Source of the DNA: Rhizophagus irregularis | Taxonomy: Eukaryota | Assembly (NCBI RefSeq): GCF_026210795.1 | Contig: NC_089436.1 | Location: forward strand, 372,001-436,000 | Direction of reading: 5' to 3' | DNA length: 64,000 nucleotides | Shown: one piece after another, positions 1 to 11,705 of the stretch | How the letters are laid out: every line of letters starts with the position of its first letter | Position numbering within the stretch: the first letter of the stretch is position 1 | Position numbers and translations under genes: made by a program | The notes under the pieces: generated by a model | What the model saw: only the letters and a program-made list of their open reading frames with translations | Database searches by the model: none | Told to the model about the DNA's origin: nothing

Positions 1-1142
1 ATTAATAATGTCAAAAATTAATTGAGGAATTTTATAATTAGACTTTGGTCTCAACCCTTTACAAATTTTCATTGCTAAGAAATCATCATGAGCTATATCA
101 TAATAAGGAGGGAAACCTGTACAAATTTCATATGCAATAATTCCAAATCCATAAATATCACTTTTTGAGTGTATTCTTTTCCTCTTAAAACTTCTGGAGC
201 TACATAAGGTAATACACCATATATTTTTTTATTACTATTTTGAGTATTTTGAGAGGATTTAACATTTGCTGGTTGGCATAATCCCAAATCAGTAATATAA
301 ACATATTGATTAAAATCGCTTAATATATTTCCACAATGAAAATCTTGATGAATTAATCCTTTATTATGAATATCTTTAAGACCAAGTGTAATAAGATATA
401 AACTATTCAACTTTCCCCCCCAATTTATTGAAATGAAGTTGTTATTTAAATGTTGTCTTAAGCTACCATTTATTAATTCCATCACCATTATAAAATTATT
501 TGTTTTTGGATCTTTGGTAATACCAAAACAACGAACTGTCCAACAAGTAAGATATACTAAAATATTTGATTCAACCTTAAAAGAAATTATAGTTAGTTTA
601 ACATTTATAAGGGCTAATAATACTAAAATCAATAAAAAATATCTTACTTCTTTTAAAAAATCAGCTGTAATATCTTGGGAATTATGTAAGCGCTTTAAAG
701 CGACTTTTGTTTCACCTTTCCTTTTCAATTGACTATTAAACCAAGGACCATCTTTCCAAACTGCTTTAAAAGTAATTCCAAATCCCCCTTTTGCTAAATA
801 TTCAACATCTTCAAATTTATCATATTCAATCCACTCTATGGTATGGTTTATATCCTCAGTTTTTAATTGTGCTTTTTGAATAAATGCATCAACGTCATGA
901 TTTCCACTTGTCCAATTTTTGAAATTCTGTTGAAAATGATTAGAAATACATGGCTGGCACCAATCATGACCAGTATTTGGCTGTTTACAATTTTTACATA
1001 AACCATCTATTTTATAACGTTTTTTTAATTCTTTGTCTGTTATTAGTTTATCTATTAACGATTTTTGTTCTTCAGTCAAACGCCAATATTCGAAGTCTTT
1101 TATTTGTTCAAATACATCATCACTTAGTTTAATTTCATCCAT
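1..1142 (-). pseudogene. TKL-family protein kinase copy A, frameshifted; 3' end runs off the window
   Basis: ATG at 1142 (MDEIKLSDD). Exon 1 is 1142-648, followed by a 72-nt GT..AG intron 647-576; exon 2 starts at 575. Motifs: CxxC..CxxC, WTSGN, AKGGFG, VALK, HQDFHCGN, DLG, YVAPE. The T-run at 162-166 has 5 nt versus 6 in copy B, shifting QKSDIYGFG to QKVIFMD. Homology to copy B continues in the other frame to position 1. Confidence 0.85.
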
Positions 1143-1376
1143 TTCAATAAATAAGTTTTTAAACAAAAAATAGTATGTTATTAATCCGTATGCAAAAAAT
1201 TACTAAAAAATAATAAAGGAAAAGAAAAAAAATGAAAAAAAAAGTGGGGGAACGTTATTTTTATGATTTCAAGATCGGCAACAAAATTGTGAAACAAGAC
1301 TAGTTAAAATACACAAAGGAACACAATAATCTGATCGGCAATTAAATTTATCCAATTTTGGCAAATAAGGGTTTTT

Positions 1377-4300
1377 TATGGCCCGGAAAGGTTGATGAAA
1401 AATCATCATGGTGCATGATGATTTTTCACCATGTTGCATGATGGCTTTTCATCATGTTGCATGATGACTTTTCATCATGATTAATGATGACTTTTCACCA
1501 TGTTTACATGATAACTTTTCACCATGTCTCTTGATGACTTTTCACCATAATTTATGATGACTTTTCACCATGTAACGAATAATTTTCATCATGTGACAAA
1601 TAATTTTTCATCATGTTTCCTAATGTAGAATTGTTCAATATCCAAAAATAGCTTACCATGCCACTGGTTTTTATATTACAAATTTAGTAAATTTTAAGAT
1701 TTTCTTTTACAAATTTGGAAATTTACCGATCCTTTGGCATTTTTGCAATCACATTTACCGTATAAAACATTTTTTTGCCATCACATCTATGAATTTTTTT
1801 TTCAATCTAAATTTTTTCGGTTCCCCCTTTTTTTAATTTTCATTTTTTTTTCTTGAACCGATCTTTTACTTTTGGTTCTTTCTTTTTTTTCAAATTTCCT
1901 CTTTTCTCTTTCAAAATACCTTTGTCTTTTCCTTTTTTTTTCTTTTTTTAAAAATTTTTCATTTTTTTTCCTCTCTTTATTTTTTTTCTTTCTTTTCACC
2001 ATTTAGATTTGGTTTTTTTTCCAAAACTGAAAAATTATTATTATTTTTTTTTTGATCTTTTGTTTTAGACCATATTATTGAATTTTTTTTTCGGTCTTTT
2101 TGGACCAAATTATTATTTATTTCAGAATTTTTTCAGTACTTTTTAAACCCGATTTCTTTCTTTATTCTTTTTCTTTCCCTCTTTTTCTTTTGAAAATTTT
2201 CTTTTTCAACCCGATTTTTCTCTTTATCCCTCCACACAAATTTTTTTTTTTGTTTTTTTCCGATTGACTTTTTTTCCAATCCGAAAATTTTTTTTCCCTT
2301 TTCCTTTTTCGGTTTGGCCTTTTTTCTTTCATACCGATTTTTTTTTCTAATACATCTTTCACCATTTAGGTTTGGACCGGTGATCAGATTATGCCACCTT
2401 TTTTCCCGATTCTTATTAATAATAATAGTATTATTTTTTTGTATCAAGCTCAATAATAAATAGACTGACATAATTATTTATTTTTTGTAACAATAGATCG
2501 TTATAATTAATTTTTCTGGGAATTTTTTTTTCATATTAATTAGTAAGAAGATATTTTTTTTCTAGAGGATAAAAAAAAAGATTTTTTTGTAACAATGTAA
2601 CAACAAACTACTTATACAAAATTGTTTTTGGAATGAATTTGTAAATTCCACAATACTGCAACATTTGTTTCGTGTGATAAATAAATTTTGCATTTAATAA
2701 TAATATTATATATTGTATAACACTTGCACATGTTATTTATTCTAGGTCCAAGTGTTTCGGTATGGAAACTTCAGAACGGTGAATTTCGAAACAAAAAATT
2801 TCGAAATGGTAAGTTTCGCAACAAAACAATGCGAAACAATTTTTTTTTATTTTTTTTAATAAGAAATGTTATTTATTCTAACGTTTCTTTATTTTTGCAG
2901 GTTTGTTTTGACTTGGTAACTTAGGAACGGTAGATTTCGAAAATGGTAAGTTTCGCAACGTTATGTAACGTTGCAAAACTTTATTTTTTTATTTTATAAA
3001 GAAACGAAGATATTTTTAAAAAATTTTTTTTGCAAACATATTTATTCAAAATAATCGTATTTAATGAAATTTTATTTGCAAATATTAAAATTTTAAGTTA
3101 CATTTACAATTTTAAAGAAAAAAATCACCGTATCTATTTTTAATGAAGTGATACAAATAAAAAAACAATAACAATAAATAAAAAAGAGAAGTAAATTACA
3201 ATGATGAAAGAGAAAGATGCTAATAAAAAAATGAAATAACAATGGAGTAATGGAAAATAATAGAAAATGAAAGGGAGTAAAAAAGAGTAATGAGAAGTGA
3301 TAGGAAACAAAAAGGAGAAATAGGACATGATGAGGAATGAAAAGGAGTGATGGGAGACGAAAAAAAGTGATGGGAGGCGAAAGGAGTGATGTGGAACGAA
3401 AAGGAGTGATGGAAGACGAAAAGAAGTGATGGGAGGTAAAAAGGAGTGATGGGAGACGAAAAAAATTATGGGAAGATGAAGAGAAGTGATGAGAGACGAA
3501 AAGAAATGATGGGAGACGAAAGGAGTGATGGGAGACGAAAAGAAGTGATGGGAAGCGATAAAGAGTGATGGAAGACGAAGAATGGGAAGATGAAGAGGAG
3601 TGATGGAAAACGAAAAGAAGGGATGGGAGACGAAAAGGAGTGATGAGAGACGAAAAGAAGTGATGGGTGACGAAAAAAAATTATGGGAAGATGAAGAGGA
3701 GTGATGGGAGACGAAAAGGAGCGATAGGAGACGAAAGAAGTGATGGGAAGTAAATAGGAGAGAAAAAGAGATAATTGAAAATGAAAATATAGTAGAAAAT
3801 AATGTGAGACGAAAGGATGGAATAATGAGAAGTAATATGAGATGAAAAACATTAAGTAAAAAAAAATGAAGTTAGTAAGAAATGAAATATAAGATAGAAA
3901 CGAAATAAAAAAAAATAAATAAAAAATAAAATTTCCTATAAACACTATCTAAAGGTAAATAATGAAAATACTGAAATTCAATGATTATTCTATATATTTA
4001 AAATTTAACCCATGACATACCCACATATCTACTATATAAATTGATATTTTACCACAACTAACTCGGCCCATGTTAATACCATCATGATACAACTGACACT
4101 TAATTCTTTCTTTGTAATTTACATTAATTTTTTCTAAAAAAATATGACTAATTTTTAGTGGACGAGTTTTTAAAAAAAATGTATTTAGTAGTAGCATAGT
4201 TTTTGATTTTTCTTCACAAAAAAATAAATCATAAATTTTCTCGCAAGCATTTACAAATAGTTTTTTAAAAAAAAATTTCATATTTTTCTTTCTTCACAAA

Positions 4301-5228
4301 AAATTTTAATTTTCTTCACGAAAAAAATTTTAAATTTTGAATAATATTAGACAAGTAAATTAAAATAAATAAATAAATATTTTTTTTCGATTTTCATTAT
4401 TCAATCATCTTATGATCAATTACATAACTAATTGTTAACGTAATCAATGTTGCAATTAACGTCATAACCAACAAACACATGAAATGTATTTATTGCTATT
4501 ATTGATGATTATTCAAAAGGACAAACTTTTATATTTTTTTATTATATCTATTTTTTTTTTAAATTAATGTTTGACATTTATTGAAATGCATTTTTCTTAT
4601 TTTTTTTTATACATGATATGCTTTGATTACTGATTAATTTTTTTTAATACAAATTTAATATACAGTAATGTTTAATAATGGAATTTTTCCAATTTCAAAT
4701 GATGCAAAAATTTTATTATTGAATTTTCAATTAAAATAAACTCTTTATAAAAAAAAAATTTTCTTTAATAATGTTAAATAACTTTAAGTTCGAAAAAAAG
4801 TTTGTAAATGTGATAGCAAAAAAATGGTTAACACGGTAAATGTGATTGTAAAAATGCCAAAGGATCGGTAAATTTCCAAATTTGTAAAAGAAAATCTTAG
4901 AATTTACTAAATTTGTAATATAAAAAACCAGTGGCATGGTAAGCTATTTTTGGCTATTGAACAATTCTACATTAGGAAACATGATGAAAATTATTTGTCA
5001 CATGGTGAAAATTATTCATCTCATGGTGAAAAGTCATCATAAATCATGATGAAGAATCATCACTAAACATGGTGAAAAGTCATCACATAAACATGGTGAA
5101 AAGTCATCATTAATCATGATGAAAAGTCATCATGCAATATGGTGAAAAGTCATCATGCAACATGGTGAAAAATAATCATGCACCATGATGATTTTTCATC
5201 AACCTTTCTGTGCTTACGGCGGGCCATA
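1377..5228. mobile_element. Non-autonomous TIR DNA transposon (IS3EU-like), ~430-bp TIRs, 6-bp TSD GTTTTT
   Basis: Begins TATGGCCCG and ends CGGGCCATA. 1377-~1800 is the reverse complement of ~4793-5228, and both arms contain ~21-bp TGATGACTTTTCACCATG sub-repeats. GTTTTT occurs at 1371-1376 and 5229-5234, but only once at the paralogous empty site (~9067-9072). No transposase ORF seen. Confidence 0.9.
3335..3750 (+). repeat. 20-bp minisatellite (GGGAGACGAAAAGGAGTGAT) inside the TIR element
   Basis: Roughly 20 degenerate tandem copies; the same unit occurs in reverse complement at ~51877-52125. Confidence 0.9.
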
Positions 5229-6117
5229 GTTTTTATTTAAATTTTCTATAATAGGTAAGATCAAATGACGAAATAAATAAATAAAATAACATAAAATATT
5301 TTAAAATATAGAGAGTATTATATAATTAAAAAGTTGTGGATTTTAAACTAGGCTAAATTTTTACGAAATATAATGTTTTCCATAAATTTTCAAATTCAGC
5401 AATGATTTATTTTCAACCATCAAAATTAAAATTTAAAAAAACAAAAATTATTAATCATTATAAATAGTATGATTTACTGAAGAATGTAAAGTAATACCTG
5501 TATATCATGGTTGGTGACAATCATATAATTTGAAATATTTTCAACTGGTAATTTTTTTCAAATCTATTATATTCAATCCATTATAGAAGGTAACTAAGAG
5601 AATTTGGAAATTTTTAATTTTTAAAGTAATTTATAATGGTAAATATGATAAATGCAATTCTCCTTTTATCAAACATTTTTAATTTAGATATACTTTTATA
5701 TAATATCGTCATATAAATTATATGTAATAATTTAGCTTATTTTGATATGTTTTATTAAGTTCGTAAATAATTATTATTTAACCTAACTTTTTTGCATTTT
5801 TTAAACATGATAATATCAATAGTATTAACATTAATAATTTTTTTTATTTTTTCAAAAATTAATATTGAAGGTTAAGTTTTTTGAACAAAATACATTATTC
5901 ATTTAAATTCTCTTTAATTTCCATATAAATAAACGGATAACAGATTTTATTTTAACTTTATAAAACTTCATACTTATTATTAATCACATGACTCAGTAAT
6001 GCAATATTATAAATTAAATAATGTGTCTTTCTCATCTCATTTCATTTTTTTTTCCTTTTTACTTTTTTTATTTTATCCATAATCTCTGTATGATATATTC
6101 CTTATTTATTATTTATT

Positions 6118-6165
6118 ATGGAAGAAATTAAACTCAGTAATGATGAATTTAAAGATTTCATTACT
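6118..6165 (+). pseudogene. Truncated 5' stub of a third kinase paralogue in opposite orientation
   Basis: ATGGAAGAAATTAAACTCAGTAATGATGAATTTAAAGATTTC = MEEIKLSNDEFKDF, versus MDEIKLSDDVFEQIKDF in copies A and B. It is preceded by a similar pyrimidine-rich leader (~6040-6075). Confidence 0.55.
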
Positions 6166-7257
6166 AGTCACAGAGACTAATTTTATTTATACTGGAAAAA
6201 GTAAATTTTACTCCAATTTGTAATGATTGAAAATGCTGGATCTTTTCAATTTTGCCATCACTTTGACTTTTATACCTGTTTAACAGAAATGATTTATTTT
6301 ATTTCAAATTGGAATTACTATTAAAAAGTGTAAATTTTGTTTACCACCAATTTATATGTTAATTAGTTTATTTTTTTTTTCGTCCTTTATGAGTTTATGG
6401 ATGTCTTGTCTTATAAATTAGTGTACAATTGTTAAAATAATTTTTTTCTTTGACTGATCATCAAAAAAAAGAGAAAATTTTGAATGATTTTTTTTTATCT
6501 GAATTGCAATCTAGGTAATTAAGATTAGATCTTTTGTATAACTAACATTCAGATCTGATTTCATTGTGTCAATTGTAATACAAGAAATACGTTCTCTCTT
6601 TTTTAACTATGAATACCAGCTTTGTTAATTTATTGCCTGTAATGTTTAATCTAACAATGTAAAGGTAATATTGAACACAAAATTGTACTACAAATTAATC
6701 AATAATTCAAATTTATAATCACAAGAATTAACATTGGAATAAGATACTCCTGGAACAAGCCAAACTTTTCTTTTAACATCCTAAGTGTGCTAGAAGACCT
6801 TTTTATTTCCTAATATCTTAAATTTGCCCTTTTAATCAAATGTTATTTCATGTCTAAATTTTATTACATGGCATCAGTGGTTATTTAGATAAATTTTTAT
6901 TTTATTAAAAATAAAGATATATATTTGTTATTAAAAAAAAAAAACTTCAATAACTAATCAAATGATATTTTTTTTAAAAAAAAATTATGTTAATCCACTA
7001 CGATGATAAAAAATAGAGAAATCATTCTTTTTTCTCTTAAATTTTAAATAGAGGATTCCAGAAAAGTAAGTTAATGTATTTCATTTAATATATAATAAAT
7101 ATATAAAATATATAGCTATTAAGATAATTTTTTTAAACATATAAATTTTATAAACTTAAAACAAGTATAAAATACAGTATAAGGTTAAATTTGATAATAA
7201 ACAAAATTTTGCTTTTACATTATTTTAATATTCTATTAACTATGTTAAACAAAGAAT

Positions 7258-8840
7258 TTAATTGCAATCTTTGGAATTGATATTGAGTTTGGTAACTTTT
7301 ATTGATTCTAATGTATATAAAAAGCCGGAAATAAATATTGTATTAAAAATACGATTTAATAAAACAAATTAAATTCATATAATTTACCTGAATATTCTAT
7401 TTCAAATAAATCATCAATTACTACCAGCATTTTTTGGTTCTGGAAGATTTTTAAAATCTAAAATTCTACTTGTATAAATTGCTTGAGGATGTGTCATATA
7501 TGTGAGTGTACTTGTAGAAGATAATGGTGATTGAGCTGTTGGTGATGAGGATGACTTTTTATTAATTTCATCTGCTTCTTTAATTTGCTCTTTGATCACA
7601 GAATAAGAATTTGAATAACTCTTAATATATAAATCACCAAATAACTTTTGTAATTCATCTGCATTAGGTCGTTTTAAAGGGTCTGCATCCCAACATTGAT
7701 TAATAATGTCAAAAATGAATTGAGGTAATTTATAATTAGACTTTGGCCTCAACCCATTACAAATTTTCATTGCTAAGAAATCATCATGAGCTATATCATG
7801 ATAAGGAGGGAAACCTGTACAAGTTTCATATGCAATAATTCCAAATCCATAAATATCACTTTTTTGAGTATATTCTTTTTCTCTTAAAACTTCTGGAGCT
7901 ACATAAGGTAATACACCATATATTTTTTTATTATTATTTTGAGAGGATTTGACATTTGCTGGTTGACATAATCCCAAGTTAGTAATAAAAGCATTTTTAT
8001 TAAAATCGCTTAATATATTTCCACAATGAAAATCTTGATGAATTAATCCTTTTTTATGAATATCATTAAGACCAATTGCAATACAATATAAACTACACAA
8101 CTTTTGATTCCAATCCAGTGAAATAAAGTTGTTATTTAAATGTTGTCTTAAGCTACCATTTTTTAATTCCATCACCATTATAAAATTATTTGTTTTTGGA
8201 TCTTTGGCAATACCAAAACAACGAACTACATTACTAGTATAATATACTAAAATATTTGATTCAACCTTAAAAGAAAATTATAGTTAGTTTAACATTTATA
8301 AAGGCTAATAATACTAAAATCAGTAAAAAAATATCTTACTTCTTTTAAAAAATCAGCTGTAATATCTTGGGAATTATGTAAGCACTTTAAAGCGACTTTT
8401 GTTTCACCTTTCCTTTCGAATTGAAAATTATTTATTGTCCAAGGACCATCTTTCCAAACTGCTTTAAAAGTAGTTCCAAATCCCCCTTTTGCTAAATATT
8501 CAACATCTTCAAATTTATCATATTCAATCCATTCTATGATTTTATAATACCATTCAGCCTTTAATTGTGCTTTTTGAATAAATTCATCAACGTCATGATT
8601 TCCACTTGTCCAATTTTTGAAATTTTGTTTAAAATATTGTGATTTACATGGCTGACAATAACAAAAACAAGTATTAAACTGTTTACATTCTTTACATAAA
8701 CCATTTTTTTTATAACATTCTTTTAATTCTTTGTCTGTTATTAGTTTATCAATTAACAATCTTTGTTCTTTAGTTAAATTCCAAATGTTAAAATCTTTTA
8801 TTTGCTCAAACACATCATCACTTAGTTTAATTTCATCCAT
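7258..8840 (-). CDS. TKL-family protein kinase copy B (DLG->NLG, probable pseudokinase; C-terminal tail frameshifted)
   Basis: Exon 1 is 8840-8340, intron 8339-8266, exon 2 from 8265 to a stop at 7416-7414. Removing one extra base near 7417 restores DDLFEIEYS, a GT donor near 7387 and a final exon 7307-7258 (ESIKVTKLNINSKDCN*). Kinase subdomains are otherwise complete. Confidence 0.85.
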
Positions 8841-9113
8841 TTTAATAAATAATTTCTTAAACAAAAAATGTTATTAATCCGTATGTAAAAATTACTAAAA
8901 TAATAAAGGAAAAGAAAAAAAAATGAAAAAAAAGTGGTGAAACGTTATTTTATGTTGAATGATTTCAAGATCGGCAACAAAATTGTGAAACAAGACTAGT
9001 TAAAATACACAAAGGAACACAATAATCTGATCGGCAATTAAATTTATCCAATTTTGGCAAATAAGGGTTTTTATTTAAATTTTCTATAATAGGTAAGATC
9101 AAATGACGAAATC

Positions 9114-9498
9114 TATGGAAAGCCGTCCTTGACAAAAGGTTGATGTCCAAACATCATGAAATATAATATTTAGACATCATGATGGTATGTCTAGACATCA
9201 TGTTTGATATATGTAGGATGATGTTTGTACATCATTCAACATGATGTGAAAGACATCAACCGACATGATGTCTAGACATCATGCTGATCAAATTACCAAA
9301 TATAGTATATTTATGAGTTACACAAAATAAAATTTACTATATTTGGTAACATGATGTCTAAGACATCATGTCGGTTGATGCTTGAGCATCATGTTGAATG
9401 ATGTACAAACATCATCCTACATATATCAAACATGATGTCTAGACATTATCCAACATGATGTCTGGATATCAACCTTTTGTCAAGGACGGCTTTCCATA
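9114..9498. mobile_element. 385-bp palindromic MITE (IS3EU-like), 6-bp TSD GAAATC
   Basis: TATGGAAAGCCGTCCTTGACAAAAGGTTGAT...ATCAACCTTTTGTCAAGGACGGCTTTCCATA, with internal CATGATGTCTAGACATCATG sub-repeats. GAAATC at 9108-9113 and 9499-9504. Confidence 0.93.
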
Positions 9499-9502
9499 GA
9501 AA

Positions 9503-11447
9503 TCTATATCTATAAAAAAAAGCATTGTGCGACCGTAACGTTCTGCATAAAAAGGTGGATTTTAAATTGGATCGTCCAGCATCATTTATCTGCGTCCTGT
9601 GCTACAGATTTTTATATAGGATTCGAAGTGGCGCATTAATTAGCTTAATTGGGTAGCCCTAATCCCAATATAATTTTGAATTAGAACAAATTTATAGCAA
9701 CTAATCCGATTAGTAATTGTGATGTAAAAAACATAATATAAAAAATTACAAAAATAATTTAACCCGTGACAATGAAATTCTTGTCATTTTAGAAGTCGTC
9801 ATTGTTTTTTTTTAAAAAAAAAGTTTTTTGAATTTTCCCATACGACGAATTTTTTTTTTTTTTTAAAAAAAAATATTTTTCGGTTTTTTTGAATTTTCCC
9901 ACATGACGAAAAAAAAAATCCTTTTCTTTTAATAAAATAAACCTTTTCTTTTAAAAAAATTTTACATTTAATTTTTAATTTCTAATGCCTGTAAAACTCT
10001 CAAAGTTATAGGAACCGGCTGGATGTGTGTGTCGCAGGCTCCACCCACCGGGATTTTACCAGGGGGAATCAAAAATTTCTAATAACAGAAATTACAGGTA
10101 TTTAATAACTGCAAAAAAAACCAAAAAAAAAAATCCTTCTTTTTTTAGATTTCAGCAGTTTTCTTGGTTTGTCTTCAGACACATGGAAATTTGGTATTAA
10201 GGAAGGATTTAATACATTTCTTTTAATCAAACATTTCTAATGGTTTAATTTTTCATTTTTTTTGGATGACTGAATAAGGTATAATTTACACGAACAGAGT
10301 TGTGGTGAGTATTTTTTCTTTTAAAAATTTTTTTAATAATATCACATTTCTTCATTTTTTATACAGTTTATTCATGATTCTGGATGCATGAAATTTTAGT
10401 AGGTTCTTTTAAAATGCTTCTTTTAACGTAATGTTAGTTAACAAAATGTTACTAATGTTTATTTTTGCATTCTGTAGGTGGCTTTTTCAGTCTTTCTGGA
10501 CATGGAATTCGTAAGTGTATTTCATTAATTTTTTTATTTATTAATGAAACGAAATGCTAACTAATGTTTCATGTTTTATATTTTGTAGGTTAGACAGTTT
10601 TGTGACACCTTGGATGGATGCAAATTTTGGTAAATGAAATTTATCTAACATTATTTCTTTAATGAAACATTATTGATGTTTCATTCTTTTCTTTTTTTTA
10701 GTATAGATGGTCAATTTTTGAGAACTTTGGGTAAGTTCTGAAAAATGAATTTTTAACTTTAAAAAAACATCACTAATTTAGCTTTTTTTTTGTAGGGAAC
10801 AACCCTTTTCTCTTTTTTAGGTTTTAGCAGTACCTTTTAGGGTGAAGGTTAGTTCAATTATATTTTTGATTTTTTTTAAAAAATTCTTTTCATATTTACT
10901 AATCATTTTTTTCTTTTCTTCTTTTAAAGTTTTTTACTAGACACCAGAATTTTGGATTTATGATTTATACTTTATTAGCAGATGCATGTCATCTAAATTG
11001 TGATAGGTTGTTCATTAAATATTTATCACAATATTAATAAAGTTTAAAATTAAAAAAAAAAAGATTTATGATTTTTATTTATTTCTTTACATTAGTGATA
11101 ATAGAAGTGAAGAACAGTTAATGTAAAAATACATTCAATTAATAAAATAATTAAAATAATACTGTGATAATAATATGTGTTGTTATACAGTACATGTCAA
11201 TTTACTACACTTTTGATCAACATTAGTATTTTGATCAATTTGATGTGTTGTATGGTTAACGTGATCAGCAAATGATGCTGAATAATGCTATAACTATTAT
11301 AACTATTCTAATAAAAAATGTTATTACTTTATTATTCCCTATTTACCACAAACTTTCAAATTAATATCAATAACCATTCTATACTTTATAACTGATTTTC
11401 ATAATCTTAATTAGCCAGGCCCGCGTGAAACGCGGGCATCCAGCTAG
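9503..11447 (+). mobile_element. Non-autonomous Helitron (~1.95 kb)
   Basis: 5' end TCTATATCTATA. 3' hairpin GCCCGCGT-GAA-ACGCGGGC (11419-11437) followed by CTAG (11444-11447). Inserted between A and T with no TSD: the paralogous empty site at ~5267-5290 reads GACGAAA|TAAATAAATAAAATAAC. Confidence 0.92.
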
Positions 11448-11552
11448 TAAATAAATAAAATAACATAAAATATAGTGAGTACAGTATTATGTAATTAAAA
11501 AGTTGTGTATTGCAATGAAATAAATTTTTTTTCACAAGTAAAACTAAAATTT

Positions 11553-11705
11553 ATGATTAAATAACTTCTGTATTGAGAAAAAGGTAAAGAATGTATATAT
11601 TCGTTATTTTGAATATGATAAATTTATTCAAATGGTTGAAATTGGTGGAGGAGCTTTTGATAAAGTGATTAAATCAAGTTTTGTTAGTACAGGATTAGTC
11701 GCACT
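11553..11705 (+). pseudogene. N-terminal fragment of a protein kinase
   Basis: Translates IEKKVKNVYIRYFEYDKFIQMVEIGGGAFDKVIKSS..TGLVAL, a degenerate Gly-rich loop plus VALK region. No downstream kinase lobe seen. Confidence 0.55.

Noticed and set aside
433..732. Antisense ORFs overlapping kinase and CRN genes (also 950-1132, 16365-16583, 48561-48755, 49883-50119, 50556-50744)
   Set aside because: Shadow ORFs opposite well-supported genes, with no recognisable motifs.
1380..1620. Regular ~21-bp repeats (also 4980-5200 and 9150-9470) as a CRISPR array
   Set aside because: No unique spacers and no cas genes; the repeats are mirrored at the other end of the element, so they are subterminal TIR repeats in a eukaryotic genome.
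1802..3945. Lys-rich and Phe/Ser-rich ORFs (1802-2002, 2133-2471, 3140-3328, 3466-3945)
   Set aside because: They are translations of poly-A/T tracts and the minisatellite inside a transposon.
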